A DNA stretch of 64,000 nt, taken from the human T2T-CHM13v2.0 reference genome, Homo sapiens. The notes under the pieces were generated by a model. The model saw nothing but the letters and a program-made list of their open reading frames with translations, was not told where the DNA came from and searched no databases. The stretch lies in the NCBI RefSeq assembly GCF_009914755.1, contig NC_060932.1. One strand, 5' to 3'. The position numbers and the translations under genes are program-made. Numbering within the stretch: position 1 is the stretch's first letter; every line of letters begins with the position of its first letter. Of this stretch, positions 48,125 to 60,800 are shown one piece after another.

Positions 48125-49925
48125 TTAAATTTTATTTTTAAATGACAAATAATAATTATGAATATTTATTGGGTACAATGTGGGTTTTGTTTTGTTCTGT
48201 TTTGTTTTTGAGACAGGACCTCAGTGTCACAGAGGCTGGCATGCAATTGTGAGATCACAGCTGACTACAGCCTCAATATCTTGGGCTCGAGCGATCCTCC
48301 CACCTCAGCCTCCTGAGTAGCTGGAACTACAGGTGCATACCATTATGTCCATCTGAATATTTTACTTCTTGTAGAAATGGGATCTTGCCATGTTGCCCAA
48401 AGTAGTTTTGAACTCCTGAGCTAAAGTGATCCTTCTGCCTTGGCCTCTCAAAGTGCTAGGATTACAAGTGTGAGTCACTGTGCCCTGCCCAGTGCGATAT
48501 TATGATCTATGTATACATTATAGAAAGATTCAGTTAAGCTAATTAAAATATCAGTCACCTCACCAAAGAGATGAGACTAGTCAAATACAGCCTTTTAGGA
48601 ATTTTGAAACATACAATACATTACTATTAATTGTAGTCATCATGTAACATAATAGATTACTACAATTTATTCTTACAATCGAAATGAAATTTTTGCCCTG
48701 TGATCAATAAGTTCCCCTTCCTCATTTTGCTCCATCTGGTAAAATCCACCCTTTTACCTTCTGTTTCTGTGAGATTCGCTTTTTTAGATCCCACATACAA
48801 GTGGAATCATACAGTATTTGTCTCTCTGTGTCTGTCTTATTTCACTTAGTAGACTGTCTTCCATTTCCATTCATGTTGTCACAAATGGCAGAATTTTCTT
48901 TTAAGGCTGTATAGTCTTCCACTGTGCATATATACCACATTTTCTTTATCCATTTATTCACTTAAGGACGTTTAGGTTGCTTTCATATCTTTACTATTGG
49001 GAATAAAGTTAAAGTGAACATAGGTTTGCAGATGGCTATTTGAAATAGTAATTTTATTTCTTCTGGATTTATACCCAGAAGTGGAATTACTGAATCATAC
49101 AGGAATTACTGGATCATATTTTTAATTTTTTGAAGAAACTCCATACTGTTTTCCATCATTTCTGCACAAGTTAACAGTCGCACCAATAGTGTACAAGGAT
49201 TGCATTTATTCCACATCCTTGCCAACACCTTATCATTCATCTTTCCGATAATAACCATTCTAAAAAGTGTGAGGTGATATCTCATTGTGGTTTTAATTTG
49301 CATTTGCTTAAATATGTTGAGAGTTTTTCATATATCTGGGAGATATATATATATATCTTTAAGAAATGTCTGCTTCCCTTCCTTGTCATTTTCTAGTCAT
49401 GTTGTTTGTTGTCTTGCTATTGAGTTATTTAAGTACAGTATATATTTTAAATATTAGCCCCTTATCTGGTGTATGGCCTGAAAATATTTTATCCCAATCT
49501 GTTGGTGGTCTCTCCATTCTGCAAATTGTTTCTTTTGCTGTGCAGAAGCTTCTTAGTTTGACAAAACCCCCTTTGTCTATGGTTGCTTTTGTTGCCTGTG
49601 ACCGTGGAGTCCTATCCAAGAAATCATTGCCCAGATCAACATCATGAAAGTTTTTTCCCTATTTCCTTCTAGAAGTTTTACAGTTTCAAGTCTCATGCTT
49701 AGGTCTTTTATCCATTTGAGTTGATTTTTGTATATGGTGTGAGGCAACGATCTACTTTTATTCTTCTGCACGTGAATATCTACTTTTCCCAGCACAATTT
49801 ACTGAAGAGATTGTCCCTTCCCCAGTATGTGTTTTCTGGAAACGTTATTGAAACTGAATTGACTGTAAATACTTGGATTTATTTCTGGACTCTCTGTCTT
49901 TTTCCATTGGTTGACATGTCTGTAT
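48125..49925 (-). mobile_element. L1MA-type element (1.8 kb including a nested Alu)
   Basis: 3' end aaatgacaaataataattatg; ORF2-like ORFs 49106-49303 (MQIKTTMRYHLT) and 49425-49619 ([13 protein letters not shown]). Confidence 0.85.
48184..48491 (-). mobile_element. AluJ
   Basis: gatcacagctgactacagcctc and gggctcgagcgatcctcccacctcagcc diagnostics; CpG-depleted. Confidence 0.92.
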
Positions 49926-49999
49926 GGCAAGTTTCAAGGAATGTATTCTTTTCATCTAAGAGGATGAGCTTGTTGGCATAAAGTTATCATAATAGTTTC

Positions 50000-50001
<2 letters not shown>

Positions 50002-50032
<31 letters not shown>

Positions 50033-50317
50033 TTTGAGACAGAGTTTCAATGTGTCACCCAGAGTGGAGCGCAGTGGCATGATCTCGGCTCACTGCAAGC
50101 TCTGCCTCCCGAGTTCACACCATTATCCTGCCTCAACCTCCCGAGTAGCTGGGACTACAGGCGCCCGCCACCACACCGAGCTACTTTTGTGTATTTTTAG
50201 TAGAGATGGGGTTTCACCATGTTAGCCAGCATGGTCTCGATCTCCTGACCTTGTGATCCACCCGCCTCGGCCTCCCAAAGTGCTGGGATTGCAGGCGTCA
50301 GCCACCGCACCTGGCTG
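50002..50317 (-). mobile_element. Alu (AluY/AluSc-like)
   Basis: cactgcaagctc, gttcacaccatt, gtctcgatctcctgacc diagnostics; TSD aatagtttctt at 49991-50001 and 50318-50328. Confidence 0.95.
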
Positions 50318-52379
50318 AATAGTTTCTTGATATCCTTTTGATTTTTGTATGAGCTGTGATGAGAATCTTACTTTTTTCCTGCTATTTCATTTTTTTTTTG
50401 CTCAGTTTAACTAGTTGTATACCAATTTTGTTAATTATTTCCCATAACCAGATTAACTGTTTATTTTCTGTGTTTCTCTGTTTTCTATGCCATTGGTATC
50501 TGCTCTTTACATGCATTTTTTCTCCTTACTTTGTGTTTACTTAACTTTTACATTTTCCTTGAAGTAGAATCAGGATATTGACTTAAGACTTTTCTTTGAG
50601 ATAAAATATTTTGAAATTATGAATTTTCCTCTGAGTACTCCTTGTTTCACATGAATATTAATATAAATGTTAATAATTTATTATAATTTAATTAAATTTT
50701 GGTGGGTAATCTCTTTTTTGACCCTTGGATTATTTAGGAGAGTATTGCTTAATAATCAATGATTGGGGATTTTCCCAAATATCTTATTGTTAGTATTTCT
50801 ATTTTAATTCTGTTGCTACCTGTGAACATACTGGGTATAATTTTACTTGGTAAACTTTACTAAAACTGATTGTATGGCCCATTTGTGAGTGTACTATACA
50901 CACCTCAAAATGTTTATTCTGCACTTCTTAGGTTTAGTATTTTATACATAGCAGTCAGGTCAATGTGGTTAATAGTGATTTTCATATATTCTATGTCTTT
51001 ACTGAATTACCTAATTTTTCTATAAATTGCTTAGAGGAGATTAAAATCTCTATCATCGTGGAATCCTGTATCACTTCCTTTCTGTCAGTTTGTCCCTTAT
51101 ATAATTTGAGGATTTCTTATGTACACACAAATTTATGGTTGTGATATCATCCTAACTGACTTCATTATCATTATGAATGCTGACCCATTTGTATTTGGTA
51201 ATGCTACTTTTGTTATAGTCCACTCTATCCAATACTAATAAATCCATTCTAGCTTCCTTATGCTTACTGTTTCCGTAATATGTATTTTTAAAAAATGTAT
51301 TTACATCCAATCCTTATGGCTTTTTAAATTTAAAATGAAACTTTTTACAGGTATCATATAATTGGTTATGGCTTTTTATATCCAGTGCGACCGTCTTAGT
51401 CTTTTAATTGAAACACTGTGTGTATAATGCAAAATTAATATTCAATGATGTGGTTTATATAGATTGATTTCGTAGCGTCTTTGCATGGTTTCTTTTCTAT
51501 TTGTTTTATCTATTTTCTGTATAGTGTGCCATTAAATATAATTTTTCATCATTCATTATGCAGCTGCATTTATAAATGTTAAAGCCTCACAACAATATTA
51601 TAATTTTTGCTTCAATAGGTATATGTATTTCAATATTTAAGGGTATAAATAACATTTTATATGTTTATAGCACATAAAAACTATACATTAATAAATAACA
51701 TATACAATGTTATTCATTGGTATTAATAATAAAATATGTATACATGTGTTAATAATTAATATATTTAGCATAATATACTTCTGATTTTATATTTCATATC
51801 TTCCTCCATTATAATTTTCGATGACCTTCCATTCATTCCTGTTTATTTGATTTTCCATTACCATCCTTCTTCAACTTAGAAAACTTCTTTTAGCATTTCC
51901 TATGGGGAAGATCTGGTGGGATAAATTCCCCTAGGCAGTCTGTAGGTGAAAATGTGTCCCCTTCATTTTAAAAAAGATAGTTTTGCAGGACATGGAATCT
52001 GGGTTGTTATTGTTCTTCAGCACTTTAAGAACAATGCTTTTGTTGTCTTCTGGTCTTCAGTATTTCTGGGAGAAGCCCTAGTAATGTGATCAATTTCAGA
52101 GGATGTTTTTCTTCTGGCTGCTTTCACGGTTGTATCTTTCATCTTCAGCAGTTGGTCTTTTGTGTGCCTTGTAACTGATCGGTTTGTATTTATCTTGTTT
52201 GGGGTTTGCTGAGATGATTGTACCTATACATATATGCCACTGAATTTGGAAGTTTGAAGCCATAATTTTTCAATTTCTTTTCTTTTCTCTTTTTTTTTTC
52301 TTTTCTATTCTCTCTCTCTGCTTCTCTAATTTTTCTTAAATGGAAATTTTTATTCTCCTCACAAGTTTCTGAGGTTCTT

Positions 52380-52431
52380 TTATATATATATATACATATA
52401 TATGTGTATATATGTATATATATGTATATAT
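52380..52431. repeat. (TA)n microsatellite, interrupted
   Basis: Directly visible. Confidence 0.9.
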
Positions 52432-54269
52432 TTTCTTTTTCTTCTTTAGAGTGTGTAATTATATTTATCCTTCTTCAAATCTGCTGACTTTTTCATTGCC
52501 ATTTCCACTCATTCTTAGACTCAGTAATGCTTTTAAAAACATTCAGATAGCATGTATTTTCAGTTTAAAACGTACATTTGTGTGTGTATAGACACACGTT
52601 CATATTCCATCTCTTTGTTGAGCTTTTCTGCCTTTGCATTCATTATGAGTTATTTCCTTTTGCCCCAGTGAACATTACTATAATAGCTATTTTTAAATCT
52701 TTCCCTGATAATTCCAATATCCAGAACATTACAGAGTTGCTTATATTTTCCTCCAGAGAATATATTGAAAATATTTTCCTGGATTCTTGTGTCTTGAGTA
52801 GTTGTAGATTGCATTCTGGACATTGCGATTTCTATGTCGTAGAGAGATTGATTCTGATCTTCTTTGTAAGAAGAATTTGTAAGAACAGTCAGAGTAAGAG
52901 ACAATAAAGTTGTCTATACTCAAATTGCAAACTGTATGCATGCTGTAGGTAGCTACTCAGACGTCAGTACACACAGCACACAGAGGTTCAGGGAGACGCT
53001 GGAGAATTAAGCAGATTTTATACACGGAACGCTTCGATTTCCACTTGGCATCTCTCTCCTTTCTGCAGCCACAGAGGCCCCATGCTCCTCCTACTGGTTC
53101 TTTTAACAAGAAATAGAACAGAATTTTCAACACCATCTTTGCCATCTCTGCCACCTGTGTGACTGTGCCTGTGGTCAGGGAAAAGCTACAAAAATGAGAA
53201 ACTCAACTGTTTCTCAGTTGCTGATTGCCTCCTTTAAGTTCCAATTTCCCTAAAATGTCTAAATATCTGCCAACTTTTGTACAGTCTGCACAGCACTAAA
53301 AGTGGATTTTTTTGAGGGGCGGGGGGTCAGGGGTGGCTGTATTTTGCCCAGAGTCTACAACTGCTATCTGGAAACAAGTCATTTTCTTATGAACTTCCTC
53401 ATGCATATCAGAAGCAAAATTTTCTCCCACCTGGTTTTAAGATGAATTTCTGCAGAAACAGGTTTGCTGCTGTAAGGTACCTGATAGCATATCATTCTGT
53501 ATTACATTAAATTCTACCTTCATCCTTTTTGTGAGGGGCAGGTAACATGAGTGTGGGTTCATAGGTAGGAATTATTAGGAGTTTTAATTTTTCTCCTTTA
53601 TCCAGAGGTAAATTTGAGATATGCGCAATCCGTAATGTCTATCATGTGAAGAAGGGAAAACAAACACACCTCATTCCTCTATTTTTCTACTTCTACTGAG
53701 AATATCCCCCTTCAGTGTCTTTGCGTCTTCATTTCCATCCTGCTCATACCTCACATTTCTCCCCTGTTCCCAGGTAATGCAGATCATTAAAACCCAGACC
53801 TTCGGTGACCAGAAGGCATCAGAGATGCACAGGGAAATCCTGGGTCCAGTGCTTTCTTATCTCTTTAAATTCATGCATTTTCATTTTTGCCTTCCAAGGA
53901 GATCTCTTATTTTGCCTCCAGGTCAGACAGGTGTACAGAGAGATTTTGAAAAATAGATTTTAGCTGGAGAGTCTAGGTTGTAGCAGGACATGTTTCCTGG
54001 AGCATTAGTGATCCATTTTGCCGAAAGTGGTAGTCTCCTTTATCAGACCTCTTCCCCATTCTAGCACCGTGTGTTTGTCATCGAGACGCATGTCAGAAGT
54101 GCATTATTGTTGGAGTTCTATTAGGAAGACTGGCACAGGGATTTCGGGAGTGACTTGAGAATAACCATCAGAATGTAAGGCACTGATGATATTTAGGGTC
54201 TTATTAAAATGCCTTGTATATTTACCAATTGTCAGACACTTTTCAAAGCAACTTTTTGTAATTTTTTAT

Positions 54270-54355
54270 CACTACGCTGTCAGTACCTTACCCCCATTTG
54301 ATGGAAGAGAGAGTGGAGGCACAGACGAGTGAAGTAAGCCATCCGATATCACAGG
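54270..54355 (-). mobile_element. MIR core fragment
   Basis: cccccatttgatggaagagagagtggaggcacagacgagtgaagtaagccatccgatatcacag. Confidence 0.65.
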
Positions 54356-54596
54356 GGCTTGACTAGCTGTTCTGCCTATGTGGGTCGCAGAGGGTTCTTT
54401 GTTGGGTTTCTGTGCACGCTGTTTTCCCAAGTGATCCTGGGAAAGGAGTGACTTGCCTGCTCCAGTGGAAACTCACCTCCTGTATACATGTTGCTGGGAG
54501 CATAGGGGTGGGGTGCATGTTGGCACATGCAGTTTTCTGTTTTCTAAAAGACTGGAAGATTGACCAAGGAAGCAAATCTAGTCAAGGTTTCACAGG

Positions 54597-54970
54597 CTGT
54601 CGCGAATTGTATTTTCCAAAGATCGTCACAAAAACTTCCCCATTCCATTTGCTTTTTGACAATATGTTCTTGCCACTTCTCCATCAAAGGTGACATTTAA
54701 TTGCCCTTCTGAAAAATCTGTAAATTTGAGTGCCATGTGATGGAACAAGCCTTTGGATGGCGCTGGTCCTAGCGGATGCAGGGACCAGCCGTTGGGTTTT
54801 CCCTCAGCCGTTGGGTTTTCCCAGCTGAGGTTGCTGACGTTGTAGAACAGAGGCAAACCACTGTTGCTGAGCCCTCTCTGAATTTCCAAAGCACAGAATC
54901 CATGTGCATAATAAAATGGTTGCTTATACTATTAAAGTTGGGATTTTTATTACGCAGCAGTAGTGATTGG
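54597..54970 (+). mobile_element. MLT1-type (MaLR) LTR, internally deleted
   Basis: tgtcgcgaattgtattttccaaagat...cttgccacttctccatcaaagg...cacagaatccatgtgcataataaaatggttg...ttattacgcagcagtag. Confidence 0.75.
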
Positions 54971-57869
54971 ACATATCCCCAAAGAATTAATGAAGCACTT
55001 GTGTGAGGTAAATTCCCAGAGCCTAGACACTACCCCCATGCTTGTTTATGTGTTACATAGTGGTCGAGGCTAAACTTTACAACCAAGCCTGTGTTAACTT
55101 GGTTGTCATAGTGCTTTTCACAAATGTCATATGTTTGAAGAGTAGGAGAAATTGCTTTTATAAAATTCCATGAGACTAACATCCTCAAATAAATCACATG
55201 GCAAAGGTACAGATTTTGGTCTTTTAAAATATTATATCTGTTAGGCTGCCAGATCAAAACCTATAAATAGCAACTCTCAAACAGCAAAGTATATGAATTT
55301 GAGTACATAGATTTTTATAACATCAATTTTAATTATTCAGAAGTTTTCTTTTCTTTTCTTTTGTATTTGCTGTGATCAAGGTAGAGATGGATAATGGACA
55401 TTTAAATAACTGAAGGAATATCACTGTATATTACATATTTTTATATTAATATTTTATTTAAATGATATTTAAACATCCTGCTGTAGCAAATACATCAGTG
55501 ACATGGAGCTTTTCCAAATTCTAGACGGCTGTAAGTAGTTTAAGATTCCGAGGAATGATGCTGAGCTGTTAGATTCAAGAAATACATTCAGATTTCAATA
55601 TAAAACAGGGAATAGTCTAAATTACTGTCCTATTTTCTAATTATTCTGCAACATTCCTTTTTGTTGGTTTTCATAGAGATTAGAGGCTCACAAAACATGA
55701 TTATAGCTTTGTCATATCCAAGACACAATTCAAGATTATTTTCAAGCTTATAGAAAAATTTGATCAAACCTAGAAACTGTCCATGAAATCTGAAACCCAG
55801 ATTTAAAAAATTTTCAGGTAATACACAAATGTAATCATTTATTTTCAGAGATATGCCCGTTCACAAATAGGCAAAAGAAGTCTACTGGAGTAGAAGAAAA
55901 TCTGACCACCTGAGTGGTGAGTATGTGACTGCCACAGTACCACCATTTCAAGAGCTGATCACACTTGTGTTCAGGTTACTAGGTCTGTCTCTTTCACGTG
56001 CTTTCCATGCTCTGCAAAAAAATTAGAGTAATATTTTATGCTTGAATCTAGAATGTTCCAGAGATTTAGAAAGCCATCTAAGTCTCAGATGGAAGTTTTT
56101 CAGTCAACCACAAAACATAATTACTTTAAGACAACAAAATGTAGCAGGAAGAAGAAAGTATGGCTTTGTCAAACCTAGGACCAAGCCGATCTGGTTTAGT
56201 CTTCATTGATCACCCCCAAATTTTTCTAAAATCTAAAAGAGAAAGTTACTCCAAATCAGTCTCCGCAAATAAAAATCTACTCAAATTCACTTCTATGCAT
56301 ATAATAAAAGGGGAGATATCAAATATAAAAATCATAAAGCTTAATTAAATTTTTGAAACTTTCCCCAAGAATTTAGACAAAGAATGCAGCCAGCCTGCCT
56401 TAGTGATTATACAATGGTTACCAAGGGGAAAGCCTTATAAGAAACCTAGTTAAACTCTAGCCACACTCCTCTGCCTGTTTAAAAGTGGGACATAATGCAA
56501 GGAAAAGTAATTAAGAAGCCCAGAATGCTCTTGACCATTTAAAGCATAATATCAAAACCAAATATTCTAGGGAATGTTAGGCAAGGAGGACTTGTTTGCA
56601 TTAATTAGAAGGTAGTGTCTGGTGCTAATACAAATGAAAGCCATCAATATCTAGCTAGTGGACTTGAACCAGAAGGGACTTCCTATCTCAAGGCACATTT
56701 ACCTTAATTGCAACTCTCAAAGCCTTTTTCCACTGAAATTATATGGGCTTCTATCAGAAATGAGGTCAGCATATTCATGAGGTACATTAAAATTGTTTCT
56801 TTTTACAGACTTTCAGCCATTTCAATATAGGAAAAGTCTTTCAGCATTCTATGTGTTTTCTTTCTCTTAGCTTGAGCTTTGATCAAATTTTCTAATACCT
56901 GTAGTGGATCCCAATGAATAAATTACAACACCATGTAATTTATACTAATGAAACTGATAAAGTAATGGTCCATTCATTGAACAGAACCAGTTAATTCAAA
57001 TCCAGAAACCTATAGTGTGGTGTGCCATGGAAGAAGTTATATTATCAGCCAGCATGATTAGAAGCTTAATGAGACCTAGAGAGGTGTGATCAGGTTTAAA
57101 TAGCAAATTGACTTTTAAAGTTTTTTTTAATCTTTATTTAAATGTGATTGCCAAAATTATCACTGGATCAGAACTAGAATCACAGACAGAAGTGGAAGGT
57201 CTGACTATTGTCTATTGCCATTCCCTCCCAATGTGTTTGAGGTAATTGAGACATGATAAGAATAAATTTTTCCCGGTCACTGTCAGGTCACAACATGGGT
57301 CAAGTTTACTAAGTCCTTGTCTGGTGGCCTAAACAAACTGCTCCGTGGAAACCACGTGAAATTGGTATGGGGGTTGGTATCATGTGCCCTTTAAAGTGAA
57401 ACTAAAACTTAGTTGAGTCCTCCATCTTTTAGTGTCCATTAAGTCCAAAGCAGCCCCAGTGTTCTCTGATTCTCCACAGATTTACATTCTCATGGAGACA
57501 TCATGTACTGATTCTCAGACGCCAAACTTTCAGCCCGACTCAGGTCCTTCCTCTGGCGTATGTTCTTATCTCTCTGCCTCACACTGTCTTCGGTGTGGAA
57601 ACACTTCCTTTACCTTTCTCAGTTCGTATCACTCTACCTGCAGTGATTTCACCATATTAGACCTTTCCAGAGGAGTCATGATGATGGAGGAGAGGCAGTA
57701 GCCCATCACATCGCATGGCAAAGAACAATAAAATATTAGGCACTAGATAACCCCATTCTGAAAAACACTACCTTTCCATACCTGCTAGAGAAGCTCTCCA
57801 GGACAACACCCCCAAAGTGGATGGTCTCACGGCTTCCCTGAGGCTTTGGACCTAGCTCCAGCCCAGCTT

Positions 57870-60800
57870 TTACTAAATTCATGTGGGCAAATGTGACCCC
57901 ATTGCCTGAGGCCAATAGCAGGGTTCCCCAGCTTCTCCTCCCACTTCCTGCCACAAGACAAGAGATCTGGCTTCCTCAGCAGACACTCAATGACTCAGGT
58001 GATACAGTGTGAGTGTGAAAGTGTGTGGGGGTAGTTCAATTTCCATGTGGTACAGTTTGATCAACGGGATAAAGGGGAAACGAGAGGCCAGCAGATAAAT
58101 TCCTGCTTTTTCCTCTTTCTCCTGGATTATCCTGAGGCCTGGTGTTTTCATTAAATTCATCTGAAAATACCCCACAAGCCTAAGTGACTAACAGTGTTTC
58201 TTCAAAAGCACTGGGCAGCTTGGTCATGCACCAAGAGACATTCTCCCTCACTCACTCCCTGAGATTGTACCCGCGAATAAAGTATGAGCTTTTACGCTTT
58301 GCCTCAGGCTCCCTTTCCTGGGGAAATTTGCCTAAGTCTTTCTAGATGGCAGTCCCTTAAACAAGGGACTTTGCTGTTGGATTTCCCTCCTGAAAGCAGT
58401 GCTGGTAGTAAGTGGTGTGGGGGAACTCTGTGTGTGCTGTGGCAATGTGGCTCAGCTTTCACCTGTGTTTAACTGGGGTGACAGGAGGTGGAAGGATAAG
58501 TATCTGCAGCACTTAACGAGGTTTGCAAGCAGCAATAATTATATGATTTGTGAAGTGGAGTTGCTTATTTAAATGACATTAAAGCCGTTGTAAAATAAAA
58601 GTTAACAAGATCATGCCATTTAATGATGAACTTAAGGTACGTCCTGAAGGCCAGAAAACTCTTATCTCACCTTTGAAGGAGTCCATGACAACGTAAAGCC
58701 ACAGGACACACTGCACTGAAAATCAGACCTGGGATCTCACTACAAGACTAAAGGATCTGAAAGGAAACTAATCACACAGATGTGAAAGGTCCTTAGGTCA
58801 AAGTCAAGTCTTTCAGAAACATCCCTGCACTATGAGATAGTGTCATTTGAGGGACAAGCCTGAGAATTTTGAACCCCGGACTGTTTTTGCTGATTGAAGT
58901 AGATCCTTTAAGTTGTCAGAAGGAAACAGCCTCATCTTTCCTGTAGAATGTGTGATTACATCACTTAAGGAAGTGACATCACATGATGTTTTTCTTCCTC
59001 AAGACTTTGTCCCACCACCACCACTGATTTCAGACAAGGACATACAATCACTTCCCTTCCCCAGAAAGACACAGGCTAAATGTCAAAGGTTCTGTGGGAC
59101 CAGGCTGATATGTACAGACAGGCACTGTGGGAACACAGGTGGGATTGGGACTTGAGAGCATTCATCTAGAGGAGGAGGGTATAGGATTGAATCCGGGAGA
59201 GGAGAGAGGAGCATGTACTTTTGACTCTAGATTGAATATTTAGTCAGAGACACCTGGGCAGTTCTTAAGCATTCACTGGCAGGACTCCCTATAGCCTGGA
59301 CTTCCTTATGACCTACAGAAAGAGGCAAGTGTCAGAAATTCCCTGGTATTCTACTAAAGATGATGTCAGGAGGATCAGGGAGATTGGAATGTGAGAGAAG
59401 GTTTATTATGTACAACTGAGAACCCATTGCTGACAGTGTTCCCCAGAGGACCCTGGAGGGCATTCCTCTCACTAAGATTATAAATCATGCACGGGTGAAG
59501 GGATGAAGAGCACTCTACGAGAAAGCCTGGTCATGGATGTCCTCTGTAGCTCAGGTTTGGTGGTGAATGGGGATCAGAGAAGCCAAGTCAAAATGGTGAT
59601 TTTCCATTTTACAGTGGATGCAGTGATTCAGTGATGAGAGATGCCACCATTTAACTGGGTTCCCTAACAGCAATGGCAATGGCAGGGTTATTAAATGAGA
59701 GACCAGGAGCAGCATTTATCCATCAAAAGCAAGGTCCTACCATGGCAGGCTACAGGCTGGAATGACAGTCACCAGGCCTCCGTCCACAGGGATCTGGGAC
59801 AATGGCTGAAAGATCATGGTGCTTTTAGTCACTAGATAGATGGACGGCTGACTAAAGTATTGTTCTACTTGTATATTCAGAAAAAAATTAAGAGCTGTCA
59901 AGCAGGAATTGAAGTCTGCTGCTGCAGTAGAAAAGTGTCATCTCTAATCCAGTTTACCTATGTCAACCTGGTCATTGAGCCCTGTGAAGGAGAGTCCAGG
60001 TCCCCTTGAGGAAAACTCCTGTAATGTTTCCTCGAGACTCTTCCTCCTATCCCTCCAGAAAGGCAATTACAGCCACCTTCTAGGGAGTCTCTACACTAAG
60101 GATGTGAGATAATGAGATTTGGAGGATTATTAGACACATATCTGAGCTGCCACTGAAGTCAGGATATCTGAACGCCATAATCATCCTACAGATACAATGG
60201 TGGCATATAGAAGCAAGGTGAAAAATGAAGATTTTTCTCTATCAGTGGATCCAGTGATTATGTGCACCTGCCTGGGGTGATTTCTCTGCCAAAAATGCAA
60301 ATTTGGAAGAGATATAATTAGAAACTGAAATAATTTTACCTTGGTTCCCTGACCAATGGAGGAAAAGACATTAAGGTAGAAGATGTAAAAGTGCAAGTCC
60401 TTCAACTCCCAAGAAGAAAAAGTCAGAAGCACTACCATATTCCCCAAGGAACCGAAGAAACAAGAGCCCCCACAGTAAATCTGAAGAACTGAGCAGCGTT
60501 GGTTCCTATCCATCTTCATTCAATGGATTTTCCTTCAATTTTGCCTTTGCAAAAATAACATGTATCCTGGAAGATGATGGTAGACTACCCTAAACTGAGA
60601 ACACTCTGACACAAATCTCAGCGGGTGTCCTGACAGCCAGATGGGATATTTTCACTGGAGCAGATAAACAGCCTCCAGGCTTGGTGTGCAGTGATTAAAC
60701 TGGAGAATGTTTCCTTCTTGATACGACTCAATAGGGATAATAAAAAGCCATTTGTCTTTACTTGGCAAGCAGAGTAGTACAGTTCAGTAATCAATTCCAC

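Larger units (their letters stand above)
47400..53400 (-). mobile_element. Long old L1M (antisense) with nested L1MA and two Alus
   Basis: Continuous T-rich antisense L1 phrases from 3' UTR (47400-48120) through ORF2/ORF1 (49930-53400); boundaries approximate. Confidence 0.65.
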
